NCBI GenBank assembly: GCA_965178125.1
Contig: OZ237747.1
Coordinates: 682,001 to 746,000, forward strand
Length of the DNA stretch: 64,000 nt
DNA from: Bilabrum cf. latius
Taxonomy: Eukaryota
Reading direction: 5' to 3'
The notes below the pieces were generated by a model. It had not been told where the DNA came from and did not search any database. It saw only the letters and a list, made by a program, of their open reading frames with translations. The translations under genes were made by a program, and so were the position numbers. Below are positions 36,637 to 48,457 of the stretch, in pieces; position 1 is the first letter of the stretch; the number at the start of each line of letters is the position of its first letter.

Positions 36637-38916
36637 TCAGTGCACGAAGGCCACAAACTTCGCATTCTCTGGAGGACACGCCCCATCCAGCGTGTGCGAC
36701 CACCCAGCGTTCGCCCCCCCGCCGGGCAGCTTGCACCGGATCAGCTCCCTCGCAGTCGAGCTCGACCTGTGCGCATCCCCCCACCCGATCCACGAGTCCA
36801 GCTTGCCTAGACCCTCGCAGTTCTTGTCGTTCGACACGAAGTGGCGCTGTGATGCATCCATGCACCGGAAGATGGGCACTGGGCTGGGCTTCCACGTGCC
36901 TGGCACCACCCCATCTCGCATTCCGCCCAGCGGGCGCATGTCATCGCCGGGTCCCTGCCTCCACTGTCCCCCTCCCACCCCCACACCCGCACGCACCACT
37001 CCCGACGAGTCCGCCACCAGCCCCTCGCCCAACTCCCCATTCATCAGTGGCTCCGGCAAGCTCCGCACCTGGAAGGGTCCCTAAAGAGCAGCGGGGCCGT
37101 CGATCACCGAGCGATCCACGCAGACCTCCATGCCCCCGGGCCCGATGAAGTTGCAGTTCTCCTTCCAGGTCCCGCCGCGCACCAGCTCCTCAAACTCCGG
37201 CTTGCTCGATGTAAGCAGTGTCTGGCCCTGAGGTACCCCTGGCACGCCGGCCGCGATGGTCAGGGACCAAACAGGAGTCCAGCTCTCCAGCGATGTGTCA
37301 AACTCGCAGCACATTTCGCCTGCCACTGTGCACGGGAGCGAGCCCGCCCCAGCTGCGTCCGACCACAGCTGCACCTAGTCGCCCAGCAGCGCCTGCAGCC
37401 GGATGACTCGGTTGCAGCTGGCCGTGATGTTGATGTCCCGGGTGCCATGGGTTACAGTAGGCTCCAGATCTCTGCCAATGTCCTCTCCGTACGTGTCCAC
37501 GAAGAGCCTGTACTTGAGCGTGTCGTTGGGCAGACCTTGGGAGAATATGTAAGGGCTCTGCTGTCCGGATGGAAGCACGAACGGATTCTTCTGAGGCTAC
37601 GCACAGAGCTCGTTGTATCCGTCTAGGAACAGGAAATCGGATGGTTGGCGGATGGCGGTCCCAAACTGCCTCTTGAGAGTAGCCCCGTTGAGCTTGCCCG
37701 CACCTCCAAACGGTAGAGAAGCGTAGCTTGCCTGGTAGCTTGGGCTCACGCTCATCGCCGTACCATTGAAGCCGACGTTCGCACTCTTGGTCTGGTACTA
37801 ATTGCATGGAGACACGCCCCTGCCTCCAGTTAGCGTGGTGAAGTTGTTCCCCTCGTTTCTGCACCGAGCCATGAATGACCAACGGCCCTGATCAAACGAC
37901 TGTTGGCCAAACTCGGCCCACATCTCCTGCACAATCACGTCGTTGCGCCCACCGTTGGACTGCACCTTGGCCACCAGAGCAGGGTCAGGGGTGTTGGGCG
38001 TGATCCACAGCTTCTTGCCGCTCTTGGGATCCCTCTGGATCAGCCCCACAGAGTTGATCGTTGCGTTGTTGTAGATGGAATCCAAGTCGGCCTGCCACGT
38101 CGTGCAGCCGGTCACGAGCCTCCCCCACACCGCCAGGTTTGGAGTGTGCTCGCCCGCCTGTCGCATCTTGGTCCACTCGTCAGCCAGGGCCTGTGTGGGC
38201 CTGGCCTGGATCTCCAGCTGCTGATTGGAAGGGTGGCACAGGTTGGTTGCATCTGTGGCCACATAGTCCACGCCGGCCTGAAGGAGCTCCTGGGCCTGCC
38301 GCCGGGTAGTCTAGGGGATGTCTGGGCAATCGGGGATGTTTGGCGTGTCGCCGGGCTGGTGGCGGTAGACGCAGTAGTAGCCTGCAAGGGGCTTCGACAT
38401 ATAGTACAGGCCGTCAGCTTGCCCCTCCATGCCGTACTTGTCGTAGATGTCGCTCGTGTCGAGGGCTCCGTCGGACATGATAACCTCCTCGAGCGAGAGC
38501 TGCTTGCCGCCCTTCGCCGCGATCGCCGCGAGAGTGGTAGCAGCGGGGCCGTGCCATCCTGAATACTGGATGCCTACGATGGGACCTGTGCTTGAAGCGC
38601 CATGCACCTGGGATCGAATGGTAGATGAGCCGTTCGCAACAGCACCTGCCGATCTTGGCTGCACGTCAACGTAGCCAATGGCCGCGGGTGAAGAGCGTCC
38701 TGCGTTGGTACCATACAGATAGATCCTGGTGGCAAACGACAGATGCATAGATTGCTCTAGAACCTCGAAGCAGCTTGGATCGGTTGTGCTAGCTTGCGTT
38801 GGAACGAGGATTCCTGGCGGCTGTGCTAGCGCGAGCAGGCCGTTCAATGACTGTTGCGGGCAAACCTGAAACGCATATGTAGAATAAAGAAAGAGAGCGG
38901 TTGCGATGACTATCAT
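36637..38916 (-). CDS. Secreted putative glycoside hydrolase (GH99/GH71-like barrel motifs) with a Cys-containing C-terminal repeat domain; 5 in-frame TAG
   Basis: Signal-like MIVIATALFLYSTYAFQ; VGIQYSGWH, PLAGYYC, QAQELLQAGVDYVATDATN, FLFLDGYNE and FVDTYGEDIGRDLEP; C-terminal VPIFRC...HFVSNDKNCEG. TAG at 38311, 37798, 37597, 37375, 37081; TGA stop at 36637-36639. Confidence 0.6.
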
Positions 38917-39032
38917 GCCTTGCTTGTGCGGTTGAAGGGCCGCTGTTGGGGTGTGGTATTTTTCAGATCGTTTCAAAAGTACGCCTTACAAACGATGGAT
39001 TTCAACGGCAATCCAGAGATACACGCCCGAAA

Positions 39033-40988
39033 ATGGAGGTGATCGTTCAGTATGAAAAGAAACGCTCGGAATTTGGGCATCACTGTACCTTTGAGGACTC
39101 TCCTGCTAGGATTCTAGAGAGCACAGTCTCAAGGTGAGTTGTAGATCCACCGTTTTGTTGAGCGAATGCAGTACGGGGTGCACAAGAAGGCTCCAGCGCG
39201 CCCCTCATGTAATCTTGTTCGTGCCCATGTGTGCTTTTTGTGTTCAAAGTCCAACAAGGCGCCAGCTTGATGCATTGCGAACGCTTACCACCGAAGTTTC
39301 TCTCACTCCGCAGCCATGAGCACGACAAGAAGTTTTTGGTCCGTTAGCCCGCTGTCACCACGCTTGACACTTAGCCAAGGACCGCTGAACATAGCGTAAA
39401 TACAGATACTGTTATTTCCAAAAGCTAGGGCATGAAGCACACTGAGGGTGGATGGCCAGAGAACGTGGATGGTACCGAGGCAGAGCAGGTTGAAAGGTAC
39501 CTCAAGAAAGCAAACAAGGATCAGTCAACCAAAATGGCGGTTCAGACATTGGGATTTATCGTTGATACCTGCATCAAGTAGAACAATACGATCGATATTT
39601 ATGAGAACTACTTCGAGGGCGAGAGTGTTGATGTCTCGTCCGAGCCTCCCTCGGCCAAGGGACTCGCAGTGTTTCGAGATGCCGCCCGCGTCAAGCGAAC
39701 CGTCACCGGGATGCATTGGCACCCAGACGGAGACAAGCTAGCAGCCGCGTACTCCATCCTGAACTTTCAGGATGACCGCATGATGCACGGCCGCCTGCCG
39801 ATGAAGTCGTTCGTGTGGGATGTTGCCAACCCCAACCAGCCCATGAGCACGCTGGTGCCCCCCAGCCCGCTCGTGTCTCTTCGATGGAACCACAAGATGC
39901 ACACAGTGCTGGCAGGCGGTTCCTACAATGGTCTCGTCCACGTCTTCGACGTGAGGGCAGACCAGGGCTCCGTGCTCACGGCGCAGAGCACGAGCGAGGT
40001 GTCAGACTCGCACCACGACCCCGTCTACGGCGTGCATTGGATCAACAGCAAGACGAACAGGACCTTCGTGTCCACTTCCACTGATGGACAGCTCCTGTTC
40101 TGGGACATGAGTAACCTCTCCAAGCCGTACCAGGTCATGCACCTCTACGATAAGTCGCAGAGGCTGCTGGGCGGCTCCTCGATCGACTACAACCCGGAGG
40201 CCCAGGGCAAGTTTCTGGTAGGCACAGAGCAGGGCGTTGTGTGCCAGGTGAACACCAAGAAGAAGGGCAAAGACATGGTGTCGATGAAGGATGCAGGCGC
40301 TGGCAAGCACCACGGTCCCATCTACGACATCCACAGGAATCCGCAGTAGCCTGCTTACTTCATGACTGTGGGTGACTGGACCGCTCGCGTGTGGACAGAC
40401 GACAACGTGAGCACTCCTCTGCTCACCACGCCCTACTGCAAGAGCTATCTCACCGGCGGGGCGTGGTCTCCCACCCGAGCAGGCGTGTTCTTCACGATCC
40501 GGATGGACGGTCTCATGGACTGCTGGGACCTGTTCCACAGACAGAGCGCGGTGGCCTACAGCCACAAGGTCAGCGACTTTCCCTTGTCCAGCATTAGCGT
40601 GCAGGGGTCGGCGCAGTCGGGGGGCGGCAGGCTGCTTGCGGTGGGCGACAGCAGCGGAACCGTGTCTCTGCTGGAAGTGTCGAGTTCTCTGGCCCAGGGC
40701 AGCGCAGCTGAGAAGCAGCAGATCGACTCTATGCTCAAGAGGGAGAGCAACAGGGAGAGGAACCTGTTCCTTCGGTCCCAGGAGCTGGCAAGGAAGGCGC
40801 GGAGGGCCGAGCAGCAGGCCAGCGATGCGGTCTCCAAGGAGGCAGGGGGCAAGGAAGACGAGATGGAGGAGACGCTCAGGAAGGTCGACGCGGAGTTCTT
40901 GGCGATGATCAAGGAAGCGGAGGAGGACGACGACAAGGACGTGGAGGAGGACGAGGAAGATGGTGCCGCGAGCGGGGCGGGGCGATGA
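39033..40988 (+). CDS. DNAI2: Axonemal outer-arm dynein intermediate chain 2 (WD40) (exons 39033-39133 and 39314-40988; 5 in-frame TAG)
   Basis: MEVIVQYEKKRSEFG, GMKHTEGGWP, CIK*NNTIDIYENYF, WHPDG.KLAAAYS, SHHDPVY, FLVGTEQG, HHGPIY, TVGDWTARVW and WSPTRAGVFF. Intron GTGAG..CGCAG at 39134-39313. TAG at 39345, 39372, 39426, 39579, 40347; TGA stop. Confidence 0.9.
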
Positions 40989-41165
40989 TCTTGTCTTGTT
41001 TGGCGTAAGGTGGTGACATTTATGCGCAACACGTGTGGTTCTATCGAGTATCAGCGGCTTTCAAAGGGCTCAGCCAGTCAAACCCTGAAGAAGAAAAAGA
41101 AGAAGAAGACAAAAATTGGTTGCCGTAAATACATCTGCACTGAATTTTCGCAGGTTCTTTGGTCA

Positions 41166-44100
41166 ATGTCATCAGCTGGAAGATTAACTCATGCTTCGAA
41201 TGCCAGCTCTCGCTTGATATGGCGGCAAATAGTAGGCAGCGAGCTACCACGCCGGAGTTGGACTGGAGGCACATCGAGACGAACGCTGCACACATGCAGC
41301 AGCATTGTGTCACCGAAAGTTGCATTTGCCGGGAACCACGGATTCTGCGAGTTTTGTAAAGTTCGTCGAAGACTGCATACGGGTTCCACTAGTCGAGGAA
41401 GAGTACAAGGGAGCAGCGCCGGGCACAGCGGGCTGAATCGCAGCAGTCTGTCCCTGTGGCGGGAACCCAGTTGGACTTAGTCGCAAAAGTCGCAAGCTTT
41501 GAACAACATGTTGCACGCGATTCGGCACGGAACTCCTGTCGCTGCTGAAGCGGAGCGACTTGCAGTTCACCTGTGGCGGTCACGGCAAGTCCTTGAAATT
41601 CTGGCGATTGGGGAAACGCTAGCTCGTTGGAGCGCCTCGAGTGGTCTTTCTCAAAGCATTGCTTCGGTTTGGCTTGCATCCAGCCACTGGGTGGCCACAT
41701 CTAGCGGCTCGGAAGCGACCCGAGCCGAGTCAGTGGAGGCATCTGTTGCGATTGTGCTCGATGCCATTGCTCGATTGGTAGATGAACGCCTTATTACAGA
41801 TGCGTCCTTCTTAGAATCCAGTAAACCCGCTGGAATAGAGACTGAAATGAATTCTGCTGACTACTTTTTGCGAAAGCGGCGGCTGGTTGCCATCAGCAAG
41901 CACGTTTCCGAGTGGCATCTTGCCCGGCCAGGCTCCGACGCCCTCTCCGTCAATGCCTCAGATTCGGTCGCAGCCAGACGCCTTGAAGAGAGCGACGCTA
42001 AAACGAAGGCTGCTGTGCCTGGCGCGTTATTGGAAGAGATGCTTGGGTCGCCCTCCTCGACCATCACGCCACCACTGCTCGGCCGTCTGCTCTCCGTGTG
42101 CCTGGCGATGCCTCACGACAGTGGGATCCCTGCGGCGGTCGCACTGGTGAGAGTGGCTTGGAAGAGGTTTGGCGTACTGCCCACGCCACAGGACCACAGC
42201 CTTCTAGTGGAGAGATCCGCAGACTTTGCCGCCTACGTCGACAGTGCCCAGAGGGGCACTCAGCGCAGCGCAGCGGCGGGAGCTTCCACGCCGCACTCGT
42301 CACAATAGCAATCTCTTCCGCTGAACGGTCCTGGGAGTGAGCCCTGGCGCCTGGTAGCGTGGGGCAAGTACGAACAGGCTGCCTCTGTGTGGCTAGAGCG
42401 TCTGCTAAGCGCGCGAGGGCTTCGGGAGCCGCCCGCCCTCGCCAGGGCTAACTTGAGGCAGCTGTGCCAGGTGGCTGAATCGCAGCACCAAGAAAAAGGC
42501 ACCTCGTATGGTACGGCATCTACAGGCGGAGCTGCTGTAGGTAGCGGTCCAGAGCTGGTATCACCGGACCGTGTGCTGGAGGCCTGGATGGAGTCTGTGA
42601 AGGTGCCCAGTGGAGCAACGAAGGTTGACTCTGTTTTCCTGCCCGATGCAGATAGCCTGTGCACTGCAGTGCAATGCTTAGTATCCATGGGTGCATTGGA
42701 TCATGCTGCAGAGGCAGTTCGGGTCGCGCAGAGCAAATCGCACGAAGAGGCAGCTCGGATTCGAATGATGGAGGGTGTTGTTGAGCCTAGCTCGGGATTG
42801 CCTCCAAAGCTGTTGGCCGATTGGATTTCTGTCTTTGGGCTGCCTAAAGTGGCTCTTTGTACTGTCTCTAAAGCCCTTGGAGACGCAGGCAGGGTAGAGG
42901 ATGCAATGCAGCTACTCTCTGGCGAAGCTTAGGGCGTGGATGCTGCTCGTTCGGCTTCACCTCTCGCGCTGCTGCTTTCCTCTCTTGGCTACACATCTTA
43001 GGCGTACGGAGACATTATGCAATGGCAACGGGAGGCCACCAGCTAGCATAGCGACTCATCTTCCGGCCAACGATCTCTCCTGCAAGGCAGCATACGATCT
43101 GCAAGATACAGTGCGCGAGCCATGCGGCTCCATAGAGAGGCCGTCGTGGGGCAAGCCATCCGACTGCTGCTGCAGACCGGACGCCCAGATCAGGCAATGA
43201 ACGTAATGACTACCATGCGACCTACTCTAGTGCAAGATGTCAGCGTGTTGTTTTCCATTTGTAAGGCCATGGTGGAGCAGCAGCAGTGGAGGAAGCTGCG
43301 CCTGCTCGGCACTCTCTTCGAAATTGGCACGAAGTCTCGTGATTCTCATTAGCACATTAGGGCAGAAGAAGTGATCGCTCTCGAGGGTGCTCGAGCTGCC
43401 ATCTGTTTCGGTGCAGCGGCAACTGGTGATTTGCCCGGGATAGTTCAACTGCTGCAGTCTATGGATTCTCGACGGTTGCCACGGTCGAAACCGGACTCTA
43501 TGCCCAAGTCTGGGTACCCGTGGAGTGCCTGGCTGGGCAAGTCCGATGAAGCTATTGGGCAAGGTGTTCAGCCATCTGGTGGCAGCAGTATCGCATCGCT
43601 GCCCCTCACGCTAGTGGGGCTCGCTGGAGATGCAGCAGCGCGGGCAGCAGCGCTGCCCTCGATCGTCGGGCAGCAGTCCCCTGGCATGGACCCTGAGGTG
43701 GCAGATATAGATTCATCGGCTTGGTTTGGGCCCATAGTCATCCTGGCTCAAAGCCAATCCCCGACTGGACAAGTATTGGGTGGATTGGGCAGCGTGAGAA
43801 TGCCGCCTGGAGCTGCATGTCCAGGCGGGTATGCTGGTTCCGAGGCACCGCTCGGCAGCTCGCAGCTCCCGGCTCGAAGGAAGGCATGGGACGAGGCAGT
43901 GCAAGCCTATCGGCTGGGTCCAATCCGCAGCGCAATGCAGCGAGCAGGTAGCTTTGGTGAACTCGCGCAACAGGGCGCACCGGTTGCCAATGGAATCGCA
44001 GGACAGCAGGCTTTCACGCCCTCCCAGCTGCTGTTTGAGGCCGCCAGCAATCCTTCTTGGTCTGAGCGCAACTCGTTCGTATCACTGTCACCCAGGGGTC

Positions 44101-47100
44101 GCCAGCGTCAGGCGCTTGGCCTGCCACCGCTAGCACTCGAGATCCTATAGGCATCTGCTGAATATATCAAGCATATTCGCGAACATGGCTAGCAGCAGGT
44201 AGCTTCTGTAGCTCAGAGCGCTTGTGCCAAGGCAATTTTGTCGGCCGCGAGGACAGTAAGTAGAGGTCGAATGACTGTTAGCAACCTCGATGTGGTGGCG
44301 CTGCTGCTAGAGAGGGGTTGCTTTGAAGATGCCGCGACAGAGCTCACTGCTGCTCTTGTTCAGTGCAGCGACCAAGGCGAAGATGGCGACGGCCCATTGC
44401 TTCAACAGATGCCGTGGTGGTTGCCCTCCGTTGTCTTTGCTTCGGCAGCCCAAAGTGGAGCTGCTGCTCAGGCGACGCTGCTGGCTCGGACCATGCTTTC
44501 AATGCCAGTTGCGAGTCGCCGCTTGCAGGCTCACGTCGACCAAGGCAAACCGGCTTATCAGGTCGGGTTCCTTGCGATGATGTCGCAAGGTCACCACGCC
44601 TAGGCAGCAGAACTGGCCCTGGCATTCTAGCAAGCAGGATTGGTCAGACCTCTGGGTGGTCTTTCTTTCCTTGTCGATGTATGCTTAGCGGGGCTTCGTC
44701 CGGGATCAGCATCTGACCTTATTGGCGGGGCTTCAGCTGGCCGAAATTTCCCTATCAGTACTTCTTCGGTCGAGCGGAACGTAGGTGGCATGTTCGTTAA
44801 TGCAGTGACTCTGCACAATAAGCGAAGCAGCTCCGCTGCGAATCGTGCTGGCCGGCCCCAATCGATTCCAATCGTTGGAAGCGGCCAGGCAGCCGGCGAA
44901 GGCGTTCTATCCTATCTGAAGCTGCCACCGTTGCCGGGCACCCAAGGCCCCGCATCTGCTCGCCGAGCCCCTGCGGCTGCAGCGGTGCAGGGGACAGCCT
45001 CGGATGGCAGACTGCTGTCGTGGCAAGAGACCCCAGCTCTCACGCTTTGGCGGCTGTGCCACGCGACGACTTCAGAGAAGATGTAGGACGCCCGCAAAGA
45101 GACACTTCTGGCCCTTGCAGATGGAGCTGCTCTCAAGGCGCTGTCGGTATGTGGAGACCATTGGGGTGTCGCGAGGGTTCTCACTGGTCTAGCTATGCGA
45201 CCGAATCGGCACTTGCTGGCTCCTTCTGCGAGAAAGCAGGAAAGGGACAGTCGGGCCGGTATTCCGTGGTTTGACCCCAGCCCCTGTCTTAGTGGTGGAC
45301 TTGACGATGGTTCCGGGTGCACTCAGGCTGTGCGTAGAGCTGCGCATGCGTGCGTAGATGCGGCGCAGGGGAGGGGTACTGCCGTGTCTCACGGTCGGCT
45401 GCGAAATGCTTGTGCGAAAGCCGCTGAGCATCACGATGCATTTGCATGGTAGCGACAGCGAAGCTGGATCATCGAAAATTTGCAGCGTGCTTGGAGTGGC
45501 AGTGTTATGCAAGCTGGGCAGCTGCCCGGGAAGAGCAGCCGTCCGGTCTTCCGTCTGCCGAGGCCGCAAGGTGCTTCGAATGATGGAGGCGCGCTTGGTG
45601 CTTCGAGCACCTTCCCGCCCATCTGGGCTCTTCTCGATGCCATTCGAGAGGGGACTCGCCCTCATCCTATGGTGCCAGTGCTACGAGTGGCCCAGTTGTC
45701 ATTAGCTGCGGTGCTGGACGGCACTGAGTCAATCTTGCCGTCGACCCTGGGGTCAGTGCCGCGGTCAGCTCGTGTAGTAGAGTGCAGCGCGCCCTCATCC
45801 AGTGCCGGCACTCCGCTGCTTGACATGGTTTCAGGTGCTCCGAAAGGAAACAAGAAGCTGCCTGGAGGGCCAATTAGTCTGCCTGGATACGATGCGCGCG
45901 AACTTGTCGCGCTCACGGATGCACTCAAGCGTGATATGCGAACTCCCGACAAACTAGTGGCTTGCAGTGTGCTAGCGGCGACAACAGCGTGGAGCTGTGC
46001 CAGCCTCGGATTGCCAATGAGTCCAACTTCTCTCGCATCATTGATTGATGTGCTGAGTAGTGCAATGGACGACACCACAGCGGTGTCAGTGCTGTTAGAC
46101 CGAGCAGGATCAGGATCGGTCGCGGCTACCCAAGGTAAGGTGGCAGAAGGCAAGGTTGCGAGTGGCAACACAGCGGAGAGCCCAGAGTAGCACAGCGCGC
46201 TAGTCTAGAAACAGTGGGACAGCATGCTGCAAGTAGGTTCTTTAGCACTGCTCGGCGGGATAGCGCGATCAAAGCACCCAGTCGCGGGATCAGACGACGT
46301 GTGGAACAAGGCCATTCGGCTTGGCGTGTCGTGCAGGCTGCCTCACTCGGACATTGGAACGCTCGTGGAGATGGCCCTCTAGAGCTATGCTGTGCTGGAT
46401 GCCCTCGTCCTGTAGTAGGCTGCTGATGCGATGAGTGCTGGCGGAATGGAACAAGCCGCATGGGTATGTCGTGGCTTGGCCGGCGAGGGGTTGCAAGCTG
46501 AGAGCTAGCAGAGACTGTGTAGCAGCTGCTGGACAACGCAGTCTGCTAGTCGTGTTCTGTCTGTGTCTTTCAAGCCCGGTATATCGCGTGGAGAGGTGCC
46601 GTCGGGCCTTGGCAAGTTGGTTGTTCGTGTCGGCGCAAGGCGGACGGGTCATGTCCAGGACGAATCGAGTGGCGACAAGATGCACAGCGGTCCCGACGCA
46701 GGCGTTGCCCAAGCTGTGCCAAAGCAGCTCGAACAGCCTGCCACAGCTCGACTAGACATACACTCGAGTGGACTACAAGTTCAACAACCACCAGCAGGGC
46801 GTTTACAATCCGACCCTCTGCCATCAGCAGATACCGCTTTTGGGTCGGTACCAGACGAGCGCGATGTAGTGCTGGATCAAGAGGACCAGGGTATCGCGCT
46901 TCCGTCCGGGCTGCACGATCTGCTGCAGCGACTGGAGGCGGAAGATGCAGTGTATCGCCGAGCGATGCCGCTGCAGGGAGGTCCTGACGATGCCGATGCA
47001 TTTGCGGACCTGTTTGGCCTGGAGGAGGGCGATGAAATGCTGGATGCAAGGAGCGACGGTGCGACGATCGACCCACAGTTAAGCGTTGAGGTGGAAAGCG

Positions 47101-47609
47101 ACGAAGATGAAGTTGAAAGCGACGCGAGCGATGAAGATGGCACGGATATTTCAGCACTTGGGGATCACGCCGATGAGATGGGTAGTGAAGGGGGCGCCCT
47201 AGCAACCGGTTGGCTAGCTGGTGAAGACCACGCCTTCTTCGCGCGAAGCCGATTTGCACCCATGGCTACCAGTGGGAGAGATCGCGCCGCAACCGGGCCA
47301 GATGCCCAGGCTGCCCTGTCAGTTGGTTGGTGGAAGGCGGTGCAGCAACGAGCGTAGCACGGTCTAGAGCTGCGTCGTAGGGTCAGCTAGGACTGGTACG
47401 GAATGGGCGCATCCGAATCTGGTGGCTCTAGTGCCTCTCACCGAGGCAACGAGACAGGAGCCCTCGTGGAAAGGTCTGCAAGGCGTGACTAGCAGCAGGG
47501 TGAGGGCGACGCCGGGGATCATCCATGGGCGTCAGTTGGAATTGGGCAGTCACCAGCTGGTGAAGTGGGGGACGGGGGCGGCACTAACGGTGCCAACCAC
47601 AGGCAGTAA
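41166..47609 (+). CDS. About 2147-aa protein of unknown function with a possible mitochondrial presequence and degenerate PPR-like helical repeats (21 in-frame TAG; ends in TAA)
   Basis: A 6.4-kb single frame with no TAA or TGA until 47607. The N-terminus is R/S-rich and poor in acidic residues. LCTVSKALGDAGRVEDAMQLL and GQAIRLLLQTGRPDQAMNVMTTM resemble PPR units. Confidence 0.65.
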
Positions 47610-48457
47610 CTAGGCCATCGTGTGCACTGCTAGTCTAGCTCTTTTGTTTGATGTGGGCAGAAACCTGGAACCCGAGCTTCGAGCCCATCAACAGTGTGCT
47701 GGCGCAGATGCGACGTGGGGTCGCACGGGTCCAAGCTGGGCTGCCCGGCGGCGCCGAGGCCCAGAATTGCCGGCTGCAAGCTTGTCTAGAACAATTGAAA
47801 CTATCTGCGCGTAAATTATGAAATCAGTGTGGCTATCAATCGAATCAAAAGTTGCAAACCAGGTCGCCTCGCTACTGTTACGTGCAATTGCAAGTCGGTC
47901 TCCGAGCAAGCAGCGTCGTCATCGATAGATGGCGCGAGCCCCAACGCCGTAACTGGATCAAATGTTGATGCCCACCTACATGATCTATGACAGACCCTCA
48001 AAACTAAGCACAAAGCGCCTCGAGCGATGCGCTGCTATCATATGCTGGCCCCGGTTGACACCCCTTCAATCCCTGGAGCAGTTGCTCAGCTGCCCTGTGC
48101 TATCTGCCTGCTACCATCTCTTCACGCTCCAATCAAATGACTCTGGTCTAAAACCCCACCAGGCATTTGTTTCTTGTTCTTGAGCCAGGCCATCAGCCCT
48201 CACTTCGCAGCAGAACTGATGCTGCATACGTCTCCTAATATTGCGGGGCTGAGGCAACGTGTTGCGAACTCGATGCAGCCTCTATCGCGGCGTTAGGACG
48301 CCAAAAGCGGCTCGGCTACGCCAAAGTAGAGGCCAGCTTGTCTCAAGACACACCTTTTTGCTAGCCAGACTGCCCGCAGCAAGCAACACACAGCACGTCG
48401 CGGTGCGTGGGCTAGGAAACGACTGCTTTGCATCATGCCGCATGTCTGCTAGACTAA

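Noticed and set aside
39579-39581. Pyrrolysine insertion, or A-to-I editing of UAG to a Trp codon
   Set aside because: Alignable TAG sites correspond to Gln rather than Trp and occur in ordinary eukaryotic proteins in every context. No pyl genes are present. U-to-C editing cannot be excluded from DNA alone, but it seems unlikely at this density.
47610-48457. Largest intergenic gap as a possible tRNA-Gln(CUA) or ncRNA locus
   Set aside because: I could not see a cloverleaf, A/B boxes or any convincing structure by eye. It is probably convergent 3' UTRs; a tRNAscan-SE or Infernal run would settle it.
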